DNA of 64,000 nucleotides, from contig OZ253665.1 of assembly GCA_965263295.1 (NCBI GenBank), forward strand, positions 256,001-320,000, read 5' to 3'. Made by a program: the position numbers and the translations under genes. The stretch comes from Spirochaetia bacterium (GTDB lineage Bacteria; Spirochaetota; Spirochaetia; SP-2023). Position 1 is the first letter of the stretch, and every line of letters starts with the position of its first letter. Positions 1-9,290 of this stretch are shown here, in pieces. Below the pieces are notes generated by a model, which saw nothing but the letters and a program-made list of their open reading frames with translations, made no database searches and was not told where the DNA came from.

Positions 1-207
1 ACCGATCGGGCTATAGAGCAAGTAACTGTTTTGATTGATGTTGGGCTGCATGGAGACGCTGCTGACTTTCATTGGAATTAAAATCACGTTAAAGAACAAG
101 TGCAAGACATAAATACTGACAATTACAATGTGCAAAGGCATTTTGCGATTATAGTCGAGAAAACTGTTACTGGTTTTATTTCTAGGCATGGGAAACTTTA
201 CCCTCAT
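1..207 (-). CDS. Signal peptidase I-like (S26) protein, 5' part only (runs off the window edge; not in the ORF track)
   Basis: Manual translation: MRVKFPMPRNKTSNSFLDYNRKMPLHIVIVSIYVLHLFFNVILIPMKVSSVSMQPNINQNSYLLYSPIG. A TM segment is followed by an S-x-S-M-x-P box, directly downstream of lepB. Alternative ATG at 189. Confidence 0.65.
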   Translation of the reverse strand, partial: MRVKFPMPRNKTSNSFLDYNRKMPLHIVIVSIYVLHLFFNVILIPMKVSSVSMQPNINQNSYLLYSPIG

Positions 208-277
208 GAGGTTGTAACATATCAGGTCGTTACTTATATTACGAGTCTGCTAATTGATTGCCAAGATGTGGCTGCAG

Positions 278-1348
278 TTACAGGTGAGGGTCAAGGCTGC
301 GAAACCGCTTAAAAGGCGCGATAATATAGTTGACACGGCCCTGTAAGTCACCTTTGTTGAGGAGGCCAAACCAGCGCCCATCGTGGGAGTGGTCGCGATT
401 GTCGCCAAAGGGTTCAAAATACCCAGGGGGGATAAAGTCGCCTAGGCGTTCCGATATAAAACGGCTGCGTATGGCGATGTCGTGAGGATTGCTGAGGTAG
501 GCATTGCGCACACGTTTTTCAAATGAGCGATCCATGGCATAAAAGGATGCTTGATTGAAAACATGCATGTCGCGCTGAGTATGGTAGTGTAGGTCCAGAT
601 GCTGCTTGAGTTTAGATTCTGATATAAATTCGCGGGAGCCGGCTAAGCGAAGCTCTGGCTTGCCGTCGCAAAAGCGGACACGGTCGCCGCCGACGGCGAC
701 GACTCGTTTGACGAGTAAGGGTGGCTGGTAACCGTTGAAAGCATACTGATAATAAGGTTGGGTACTTGGCGCATAGAGCATGGGCTGGGACGCCAGGCGG
801 ACTGGGGGCTGTGGATTTCTGTCGTAAGCATTTCTGTCGAGATCGAGTCGGCTGAAGGTCAGCAGAAAAACAATCCTTTGGGCGATGATGAAGATGGTAC
901 TGGGGCGACGGTATTCGGGGGACACGAATGGGATGACCGTACCGCGCCCGACTTCCCGGTTCGAGAAGAGTTTAGGGGCGAAAGGATAAGGCTCTAGACC
1001 AAAGGCCGATTTGCTGACGATCACTCGGTCTTTTTCTTGCAGGGTGGGAATCATTGAGCCAGAGGGGATAATAAAGAGTTGAAGCAGGTACTGGTTAATC
1101 AGGAGTACGGCAAAGAACACGCTAAGCAGGACTTCAAGCCAATCGCGCAATGCGGAGATACGCTGTTGGCGGAGTTTTTGGCGGTATGCTCGCCAACGCA
1201 TAAAATTGATGACGGCTTCAGTGCCGCGCAGGAGGAGTAGGCTTAGGCTTGGCCGGTCATTGTTGTGGAGTTGTGTGGCAGTCGTCTTGGTGCCGAGTGA
1301 GTGGCGAGCTTGCCGCTTGCCCGGAGGGGATTCCTGTCTAGCTTCCAT
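278..1348 (-). CDS. lepB: Signal peptidase I
   Basis: TM segment, IPSGSMIPTL (catalytic Ser box), LLVKRVV (catalytic Lys), GDNRDHSHDGRWFG box E. Confidence 0.93.
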   Translation of the reverse strand: MEARQESPPGKRQARHSLGTKTTATQLHNNDRPSLSLLLLRGTEAVINFMRWRAYRQKLRQQRISALRDWLEVLLSVFFAVLLINQYLLQLFIIPSGSMIPTLQEKDRVIVSKSAFGLEPYPFAPKLFSNREVGRGTVIPFVSPEYRRPSTIFIIAQRIVFLLTFSRLDLDRNAYDRNPQPPVRLASQPMLYAPSTQPYYQYAFNGYQPPLLVKRVVAVGGDRVRFCDGKPELRLAGSREFISESKLKQHLDLHYHTQRDMHVFNQASFYAMDRSFEKRVRNAYLSNPHDIAIRSRFISERLGDFIPPGYFEPFGDNRDHSHDGRWFGLLNKGDLQGRVNYIIAPFKRFRSLDPHL

Positions 1349-1480
1349 GTGGCCTCTAATATAGTGGAATAGCCAGGTTTGGACAATGAAGCAAGGCTTA
1401 ATTATATGCGGTTGGAATCAATTGCTGTACAGCGAGCAGAGCCTAGTCACAGCCCTAATTTCCAATTACAATGTGCGACT

Positions 1481-2824
1481 ATGAAAATTACCAATACTGC
1501 AATAATTATCTTGGGGGCTTCTGGTGATTTAGCAAAAAAGAAGCTCCTTCCTTCTTTGGACAACCTGGTTAAACGAGATTATTTGGACTTAGCTACTTGT
1601 TCTGTCGTCGGCAATGGCCGGAAAAATCTTAGTCGTGAAGAGTTTCAGCGACGCAGTGGCTGTGGAAACAATAGCGAACAGTCTCAAGCTTATAGTTATT
1701 TTCAGGGGATTACAGGTCTGTGGAATTATGTAAAAGGTTTAGAAAAAAATATTCGCGGCGGTTTTGACCACTACATAGTCTTTTTTTCGCTGCCAGCCAG
1801 TGTGTATATTGAACGTTGTGCCCAGCTGCTTGCCGATGGTTTTTCGCCAGAGGAGACCCGTGTGGTGATCGAAAAACCTTTTGGCTACAATGCCGCCTCT
1901 GCAAGGCAGCTAAACAAGGATTTGCTGCAGTACTTTCCGGCTGCTCAGGTCTATCTGATCGACCACTACCTGGGAAAAGAGACTCTGCAAAACATAATGG
2001 CTATTCGTTTTGCCAATCAGTTGCTACGCCCGATCTGGAATCGTAATTATATACGTGCAATAGAAATCAATGGTCTGGAAACTATTGGAGTCGAGAGTCG
2101 CGGCAGTACCTACGAGAAAATGGGGGCTATTCGGGATGTGATCCAGAATCATCTGCTGCAATTGCTGGCTCTGACTGCGATGGAAGCACCTAAGTCACTG
2201 CAAGCGGATGACATCCGTTCCGCCAAACACGAACTGCTAAAAACTGCGCACTGTGTGCGTTCTTACCGCTTTCAATATGAGGGTTACCGCCAGGAGCAGG
2301 ATGTTGCTCCAGACTCTCAGGTGGAAACCTATGCTGAATTGGAGTTGGCCGTGGATAACGAGCGCTGGCAAGGGGTCCCAATTTACATTCGCGGTGGTAA
2401 AAAGCTTCATCGCGCTGCAGTCGAAGTCATCTTGCACCTGCGGAGCGGGTCCGGTTCCCTGTATCACAATGACCGTGAGCTAATTATAATTAAGGTTCAG
2501 CCTGTTCCGGGCATTGAAATCTGGCAGAAGGCGAAAAAGCCAGGGCTGACGGAAGGTCAGCACTTTCCGTTGCAGGATTTCAGCTTGAATTATAATCTCA
2601 AATATCGTCAAGGCAATGATCGAAAAGGAGTTGAGGCTTATACCCAGTTGTTTTACAGCGTGCTTTCTGGCGACAGGTCCCTGTTCGTTCATATCGATGA
2701 GGCGGTGACCGCCTGGGAGGTGATTGAGAGCGCTTTGGGAGCGGGAGAAGTTTTGGGGTATGCGCAGAACTCCATGCCAAGGGGTGGCCTGGCACCTTGG
2801 TTTGGGGAATACGCTTACAGTTGA
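1481..2824 (+). CDS. zwf: Glucose-6-phosphate 1-dehydrogenase
   Basis: GASGDLAKKK NADP-binding motif, IEKPFG, IDHYLGKE, DVIQNHLLQ. ATG 1481 preferred over the ORF-track start at 1379. Confidence 0.95.
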   Translation: MKITNTAIIILGASGDLAKKKLLPSLDNLVKRDYLDLATCSVVGNGRKNLSREEFQRRSGCGNNSEQSQAYSYFQGITGLWNYVKGLEKNIRGGFDHYIVFFSLPASVYIERCAQLLADGFSPEETRVVIEKPFGYNAASARQLNKDLLQYFPAAQVYLIDHYLGKETLQNIMAIRFANQLLRPIWNRNYIRAIEINGLETIGVESRGSTYEKMGAIRDVIQNHLLQLLALTAMEAPKSLQADDIRSAKHELLKTAHCVRSYRFQYEGYRQEQDVAPDSQVETYAELELAVDNERWQGVPIYIRGGKKLHRAAVEVILHLRSGSGSLYHNDRELIIIKVQPVPGIEIWQKAKKPGLTEGQHFPLQDFSLNYNLKYRQGNDRKGVEAYTQLFYSVLSGDRSLFVHIDEAVTAWEVIESALGAGEVLGYAQNSMPRGGLAPWFGEYAYS

Positions 2825-2877
2825 GGTCCGGGCTTCTCGTCATGCAAGGGACTAGATATGGGTCGGTGTTTTGTGTT

Positions 2878-3903
2878 CTACTTGAACTTGCCTGCAAAGT
2901 TGCGCACAAAAAAGCGGGCAATTCGCTGCCAGGGTTTAATTTCTGCGTTTTGGCTATAACTGATTACGGCATCTTCTAGCGGCACGTCGTCGCCGTATTG
3001 CTCTTTTAGGTATTGCCAGTGTGATATGAGCCAAATGTATAGATCGGCAGCTGTACGTTCGGGGAACTGAGTTAGAAGACCTTCCGTTTGAATCAATTTC
3101 AGAATAGGCTCAAACAGGTTCTCGTACCAAGACTGAGCGGCTTGGCCAAAACTCATGGCTGTCTCGTCCAGTTGTCCCAGTACCGGGTTGATTTTGCTTA
3201 GCTGCCGAATATCGAGCCCATCAGGACGGCCAGAATCTTGAGTGGCCTTTGCGGCCACTTTGGCCCTGCGTTGTTGTTCAATAAAATACTTGTGCCCGAG
3301 AATATGCTGAATTATTAAAGAATACGAACCCGGCGAAGTTACAACTAAATGTTTGGTATCTATAAAGTTGGCTAGTCGAGTCTCTTTGAAGATCATCTTC
3401 TTTTCGTAATCAATGACTCGATCCAGAATCTCTTTATGGGTCATGTTTGGACTGAGATAAATGTCGGAGACTATTTCAGTCACTTCGGCATCGACCATTT
3501 CAACACCGTTGGCCCGAGCTACTGAAACCCGATGGTTGCCGTCGCGTACAAAGTAGGCGTCGCCGACTTTAAACAACTGGATAGGGGGCAGGATTATGTC
3601 TTTTTGAGCTGCCGTGCTAATGCTGACCCAACGTTGTTGCAGGTGCCTGGCTTTAGGCAAAAAGGAGCGTGTAAAGTCCTGATAGCGTCCCTCGCTGCCG
3701 ATGATTTTTTGGACAGGCACAACGCGTAAGCCCAGATAGGTCTCCCGCTTTTTGTCTCCCAACAGTTCACGGATGTCGTAAAAGGAAAGGAGCTTATTGT
3801 GCTCATTGGGAATGACAATGGCCACTAGCTCGCGGAGCAGACTCTTCTGCCTGAGCCGGTTGAAATTATCTTGGGCCTGGAGTTTAAAATGCTTATCGTT
3901 CAT
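2878..3903 (-). CDS. ParB/Srx-like N-terminal domain protein with helical C-terminal region
   Basis: IIGSEGRYQDF...LPPIQLFKVGDAYFVRDGNHRVSVA matches the ParB-N DGxHR core. No parA nearby. Confidence 0.7.
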   Translation of the reverse strand: MNDKHFKLQAQDNFNRLRQKSLLRELVAIVIPNEHNKLLSFYDIRELLGDKKRETYLGLRVVPVQKIIGSEGRYQDFTRSFLPKARHLQQRWVSISTAAQKDIILPPIQLFKVGDAYFVRDGNHRVSVARANGVEMVDAEVTEIVSDIYLSPNMTHKEILDRVIDYEKKMIFKETRLANFIDTKHLVVTSPGSYSLIIQHILGHKYFIEQQRRAKVAAKATQDSGRPDGLDIRQLSKINPVLGQLDETAMSFGQAAQSWYENLFEPILKLIQTEGLLTQFPERTAADLYIWLISHWQYLKEQYGDDVPLEDAVISYSQNAEIKPWQRIARFFVRNFAGKFK

Positions 3904-4036
3904 ATTCTACAAAGTCCTTAAGGCTTGGCATCGGCAGATCAGGGGGCTTACAAAGGTTCATGCAGAATCTTTTTCTAAATGCCTAAAATATAAAATAGAA
4001 AAAAGGGCTGCCCCAGATAATTAAGCTAGACCTTGC

Positions 4037-5278
4037 TTAATCCATTGCTTTAGTTAGCGATTTGAGTTGGACAAGGGGGCCAATCTGGCGGACTTCATTG
4101 TCGTTGTATTTGTATTCAGCGACTATTGTGACCTGCCCTTGCTGATAAAGTTTGACATACACGTTGTTCACTAGGTCGCCGTTTTTGTCGAACTTTATCG
4201 TGCGGTAAAGGCCGTTATAGGGTTCATGGAAGTCGAGCAATTGACGGAGGAGCTTGCGGTTGATTTTTTTTGTGTGCTCGTCAAAAGAGTCAACCATGGC
4301 AGAAAATAGGAACTGCAGGGAGTCGTATGTAGTACCGGCAATGATTGAGGCTTCAATTGCATAACGATCGTAATATAGTTGCTCAAAAGCCTTGCGGTTG
4401 GCGACGATGTAAGGTTGGTCCTGATTCGGCTTTTCAGTGATATAAATAATAGGCCCCGGATACTGGCTTGCAGCCTGGGACAATATATTTTGCTCCTTCT
4501 GGGAACATTGCTTTTCTAGAATGTAGAAAGTCTTGACTCCGGCGAGGGGAACCGGGTGCTGAAAATTGAAAGAATTTAGAGAATTCAATATTTTTAAATG
4601 TTCGGGGTAGAGGCCCATGGATATTATAACTTCAAAATGGGCCCGATGAATACTATGCATTATATTGTCAATGTATTCTTTGTGCTGTTCCAGAGTATAA
4701 ATCGCGATATGATGATTGCCATAATCCGCTAAATGAGCGAGGAGGCTACTGATTAGTTCTGAGTCAAAATATTCCCGAGTGCCAATGATCGCGACGCGTT
4801 TTAGGCCATTGTTCGCCAGGTAGTTGGCCAGGGCCGAAAATTTGACATTGTCATTGGCAATGCTACGGAATATATAAGGGCGGTTTATGGTCAAGCCGGG
4901 TAAGGTGGCAGTGTTAGTTATCGTTGGGATATTGGCTGCGTTGAGTATAGGGAAGATATCCTGGGCAACGTCGGAATATAAAGGCCCAAAAGCCACGCTG
5001 ATTGAGTCGTTTTTTAAGGCTTGGTTTACTTTTTCTACCAGGGCCTGTCGCTCTTGTGAGGTGTCAAAAATCTGGAGGCTGAGCATGTGACCTTTGCGCC
5101 CCAGGCCACCATGTAAATTGAAGTAGTTTATTGCCATCTGGGCAGCGCGGCGCACGTCACTGCCAATAATGGTGCGCGGCCCGTTTAGAGGGATAAACAG
5201 GGCAAGCTTGGGCGGTGGGGAAGCTTTATGACAGGCGATTAGTAGACTTAAAAGAAATAACCTGAGTGACAAAATCAT
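4037..5278 (-). CDS. Periplasmic binding lipoprotein, type I PBP (LivJ/branched-chain amino acid-like)
   Basis: MILSLRLFLLSLLIAC lipobox; PLNGPRTIIG, FGPLYS, PYIFRS and IKFDKNGD are typical of this fold. ATG 5278 preferred. Confidence 0.75.
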   Translation of the reverse strand: MILSLRLFLLSLLIACHKASPPPKLALFIPLNGPRTIIGSDVRRAAQMAINYFNLHGGLGRKGHMLSLQIFDTSQERQALVEKVNQALKNDSISVAFGPLYSDVAQDIFPILNAANIPTITNTATLPGLTINRPYIFRSIANDNVKFSALANYLANNGLKRVAIIGTREYFDSELISSLLAHLADYGNHHIAIYTLEQHKEYIDNIMHSIHRAHFEVIISMGLYPEHLKILNSLNSFNFQHPVPLAGVKTFYILEKQCSQKEQNILSQAASQYPGPIIYITEKPNQDQPYIVANRKAFEQLYYDRYAIEASIIAGTTYDSLQFLFSAMVDSFDEHTKKINRKLLRQLLDFHEPYNGLYRTIKFDKNGDLVNNVYVKLYQQGQVTIVAEYKYNDNEVRQIGPLVQLKSLTKAMD

Positions 5279-5440
5279 GTATCTCACGAAAGAAACCTTG
5301 AAAAGATTGAGGGAGAATTTGCGACCCAGCAGACTATGAAGATTTTGTCTTAAAATATCAATCTGCAAACGGGAGTATCTAAAATATAAATTAAGCTTGA
5401 AATTAGACTTAGAGCTATTTGGCGAAATGCAGTTGCATTC

Positions 5441-6781
5441 TTAAATTATGGTGCCTGGAGGCAGGATACTGCCTTTGGGAATGATCACAATGCCTTTGCG
5501 AATAGAGTAGCCATCGTAGTCGCCATCGCGCAGCTTATCGGGTTCCAGGCCGATGCGGCTGCCCCGACCGATGCGGCAATTCTTGTCTATGATCGCATTG
5601 GCAATCTGGCAGTCGGCAGCGATGCCAATGTCCATATTCTTCGAGCTGTTGTCAATGGCCTTCAGAATGTGCTCACTATGGCAACGGTAAAAGTCGTTGC
5701 CCATGACGTAGGTCTTATATAACTGGCAATCGCGCTGGATAATACTGCGCACGCCGACCAGGGAGGAATGCAGTTGGATATTGTCGCCCAGGACTGAACC
5801 CTCAATCAGGATACTTTTGTCAATGTTGGCGCTGCCGCTGAACACTGCGGGAGGGAGCTCGCGGTGGTAGGTATAGAGGCTGCTATCGGGATTGTAAAGG
5901 TTGATCGGCAGGCGTGATTCGGCGAGAGCAATATGTAAGCCAAAGAAACTTTCAAATATTCCAATGTCTTCAAAAAATCCCATATGCGGGTAGATTTGCA
6001 TGTTGTATTTCTGGGCCGTATAGGGCAAAACACCACTGCCAAAGTCAGGGGTATCTTCACGTAAAATATCTTGCAAAATGCCGGCTTTAATCAGGTAAGT
6101 CCCCATCGAGCCCCAATAAGGCTTGTCGGGTTGTAATCGGCTGGCCTTGGCATTGACTTTGCGGCGGAAGCTTGGCAAGCGAGGGTCATCCTGCTCGGGC
6201 TTTTCTAGAAACTCGCTGACTTTGGCGGTAACCGAGCTGCGGATGATACCGTATTTGTTCAATTGTTCTTCGCCGATCGGAGTCGCGGCGAGGGTGAAGT
6301 CAGCGTCGCTATTAATGTGGTGAGCGAGCATGGATTCTAAATCTAGTTCGTGGATCTGATCTCCAGCCATAATCAGGTAGTGTTCGTACGGCTCGACACC
6401 TTGCTTGTAGTAGCCCATGGTCTTCCGCACCGCGTCTGCCGAGCCGAGAAACCATTGCTCCTGGTCACTCTGATGGTAGGTCTGGTTTGCTGCCAGTACT
6501 TGAATCCCTCCGCTGCCTCTAGTGAAAGTGTCAAAACGGTAGGTGCGGTTGATATGCAGGTGTAATGACGCTGAATTGTACTGGGTGAGAACGTGAAGGT
6601 TCAAAAGGCGGGCATGGATGCAGCGGGACAGGGAAATATCGACCAGACGATAGCGACCGGCAAAAGGCACAGCAGGTTTACAACGCTTGAGAGTCAGGGG
6701 GTGCAGCCGGGTGCCACGACCTCCCCCGAGAATCAAAACGGCAACTTTATCTTTTACAGCCTGGCCCACAAAGTTCTGCAT
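5441..6781 (-). CDS. glgC: Glucose-1-phosphate adenylyltransferase (ADP-glucose pyrophosphorylase)
   Basis: LGGGRGTRLHPLT, KPAVPFAGRYRLVD, GSADAVR, FLEKP and a C-terminal left-handed beta-helix. Confidence 0.95.
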   Translation of the reverse strand: MQNFVGQAVKDKVAVLILGGGRGTRLHPLTLKRCKPAVPFAGRYRLVDISLSRCIHARLLNLHVLTQYNSASLHLHINRTYRFDTFTRGSGGIQVLAANQTYHQSDQEQWFLGSADAVRKTMGYYKQGVEPYEHYLIMAGDQIHELDLESMLAHHINSDADFTLAATPIGEEQLNKYGIIRSSVTAKVSEFLEKPEQDDPRLPSFRRKVNAKASRLQPDKPYWGSMGTYLIKAGILQDILREDTPDFGSGVLPYTAQKYNMQIYPHMGFFEDIGIFESFFGLHIALAESRLPINLYNPDSSLYTYHRELPPAVFSGSANIDKSILIEGSVLGDNIQLHSSLVGVRSIIQRDCQLYKTYVMGNDFYRCHSEHILKAIDNSSKNMDIGIAADCQIANAIIDKNCRIGRGSRIGLEPDKLRDGDYDGYSIRKGIVIIPKGSILPPGTII

Positions 6782-6906
6782 GTTTTTAGCCTTTTGATTT
6801 TGCTGAGCACATTCATCTTGTCTGAGCTAATAATAAGTAAAAATCAGGGGGACTCGCAGCAAATTGCGCACCTTTCTTCGAAAAAATTGCCAGGCTAGCT
6901 GTTCGT

Positions 6907-9000
6907 TTACTTATTCTTTGCAGCGCGCTCCTTCTGATACTCCCTAATCAGTTCCTCAGAGACATTTTGCGGCACTTTGGCGTACTTGGCAAACTCCATG
7001 GAAAACTCGGCCTTGCCCTGAGTCAAGGAGCGCAGATTGGTAGAGTAGCCAAACATTTCTGAAAGTGGGACCTCGGCTTGCATCGTAACCATCATGCCTT
7101 CTTCCTGGTTGTCCAGGATCATGCCACGGCGCTGGTTGATACTGCCGAGCATGACCCCTTGGAACTCGGAAGGGCCTTGGACCTCAACCAGCATGATCGG
7201 CTCAAGTATGACGGGCTTGGCCTGGCCATAAGCCTCGCGGAAGGCCCCGATAGCAGCGGCCTGGAAGGCGTTGTCCGAGGAGTCTACCGAGTGACTCTGG
7301 CCGTCGTTGATCGTCATTTTCACTCCGACAATCGGAAAGCCAATCAAAGATCCTTCTTTCAGGCACGACTGGAAGCCCTTGTCACAAGAAGGTATATATT
7401 CGGTGGGGATCACACCTCCCTTAATTTCGTTGACGAATTCGTACTCGCCGTCTTCCAGTGGCGCCATGGTGCCGGCCACGCGACCGTATTGACCAGAGCC
7501 CCCGGTCTGTTTTTTATGGGTATAATTGAAGTCCGCCGAGGCCGAAATGGCCTCTCGATAGGCCACTTGTGGCGTTCCGACGACCACTTCGGCGCCATAT
7601 TCGCGCTTCATGCGCTCTACATAGACTTCGAGGTGCAGCTCCCCCATTCCCTGAATAATGGTCTGGTTGGATTCTTTGTCGACGTATGTGCGGAAAGTCG
7701 GGTCTTCTTTCGTGAAGCGGTTGAGCGCTTTGGCCATTTTGTCCGAAGCGCCCTTGTCTTTGGGCGTGATGGACAGTGAGATCACCGGGTTGGGAACGTA
7801 CATTGAGGTCATCGACAGGTTGTGTCCTTGCTGACAAAAAGTGTCGCCGGAGGCGCACTCAATGCCAAAGAGTCCGACAATGTCGCCGGGGCCAGCTTCG
7901 GAAATATCTTCCATGCTGTTGGAATGAATACGCACCAGGCGCCCGACCTTAAAGCGTCTCTGGGCGCGTACGTTCAGCAGGTCCACGCCTTTTTTCACCG
8001 TGCCTTGATAAACGCGGACATAGGTCAACTGACCATACTGGCCGTCGTCGAGCTTGAAGGCCAGGGCTACGGTCACCTTGCCGGCATCTGACTCCAGTGT
8101 GACGGGCTCTTCGTTGTCATCGAGGTCAAGGGCGGTATTTTCGACATCGCTGGGGCAGGGCAGGTAGCGATCTACCGCGTCGAGTAGAGGCTGCACGCCT
8201 TTATTTTTATAGGCCGAACCGATGAATACCGGACACAGCTTCAGGCGAATAACCGCCTCGCGAACCGTTTGGTAGATTAGCTGTTCGGGGATTTCCTCTT
8301 CTTCCAGTATTAATTCCATTAACTCATCAGAGAAATGGGACAGTTCGTCGAGCATCTCGTGGCGCTTTGCTACAGCTTCGGCTTGCAAGTCGCCGGGAAT
8401 GTCGGCCTCGCGCACCGAGTGGCGCTCGTCGGCGTCGAAGTACAGAGCCCTCATGGTTATTAGGTCCACGCAGCCTTCGTGCTTATCTTCGAGGCCGATG
8501 GGTATCTGCATCAGTACCGGGTTTAAATTCAGCTTCTCGCGTAGCTGATCCTTGACACGGTAGGGGTTTGCCCCCGTGCGGTCACATTTGTTGATGAATG
8601 CCAGGCGGGGTACGTTATAACGTTTGAGCTGGCGGTCTACGGTAATGGACTGCGATTGTACGCCGGAAACGGAGCAGAGCACCAAAATGGCGCCATCGAG
8701 CACGCGCAAGGCGCGCTCCACTTCAACGGTAAAGTCGACGTGCCCCGGCGTGTCAATGATATTGATGACTTTGTCCCGCCATTGTACTTGAGTTGAAGCG
8801 GAAGTGATGGTGATGCCGCGTTCGCGCTCCAGCTCCATGTGATCCATGGTCGCTCCGACTCCATCTTTGCCACGGACTTCGTGGATGGCGTGGATGCGCT
8901 CGCAAAAGAACAGGATGCGTTCGGTCAAGGTTGTCTTGCCCGAGTCGATGTGTGCGCTAATACCGATGTTGCGCATTATGGGTATGTCAATTAGTGCCAT
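6907..9000 (-). CDS. fusA: Elongation factor G (EF-G1 type)
   Basis: [59 protein letters not shown] precedes ATG 9000. Confidence 0.97.
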   Translation of the reverse strand: MALIDIPIMRNIGISAHIDSGKTTLTERILFFCERIHAIHEVRGKDGVGATMDHMELERERGITITSASTQVQWRDKVINIIDTPGHVDFTVEVERALRVLDGAILVLCSVSGVQSQSITVDRQLKRYNVPRLAFINKCDRTGANPYRVKDQLREKLNLNPVLMQIPIGLEDKHEGCVDLITMRALYFDADERHSVREADIPGDLQAEAVAKRHEMLDELSHFSDELMELILEEEEIPEQLIYQTVREAVIRLKLCPVFIGSAYKNKGVQPLLDAVDRYLPCPSDVENTALDLDDNEEPVTLESDAGKVTVALAFKLDDGQYGQLTYVRVYQGTVKKGVDLLNVRAQRRFKVGRLVRIHSNSMEDISEAGPGDIVGLFGIECASGDTFCQQGHNLSMTSMYVPNPVISLSITPKDKGASDKMAKALNRFTKEDPTFRTYVDKESNQTIIQGMGELHLEVYVERMKREYGAEVVVGTPQVAYREAISASADFNYTHKKQTGGSGQYGRVAGTMAPLEDGEYEFVNEIKGGVIPTEYIPSCDKGFQSCLKEGSLIGFPIVGVKMTINDGQSHSVDSSDNAFQAAAIGAFREAYGQAKPVILEPIMLVEVQGPSEFQGVMLGSINQRRGMILDNQEEGMMVTMQAEVPLSEMFGYSTNLRSLTQGKAEFSMEFAKYAKVPQNVSEELIREYQKERAAKNK

Positions 9001-9290
9001 GCTGGGGCATCTCCTTACAAAAACATTGATAGTCTGATTGCGGTTATGGTTTGGCTGCGGCAGGGGCGCAAACAATTAAGCCTAGGCACCAGAATACCTT
9101 TGGCTAACTTTCAATAATTGGCTAATGGCGTTTGTCCTGTCTGCCGCTGCGGGCAAAAGACCAACAAGTATACAGAAATAACAAAAAAGGGCAAGACGAT
9201 GGAATAGAGGTTACGCTCAGGCAACTGTTTGAGTTTCACGCGGGGCGTATATTGGGACGTATTATTTTTATTTGATTACATGGCTTAAAA

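Noticed and set aside
7078..7779. Long antisense ORFs (also 10371-11018, 30404-31195, 48632-49570)
   Set aside because: They are shadows of well-conserved genes on the opposite strand, with no motifs of their own.
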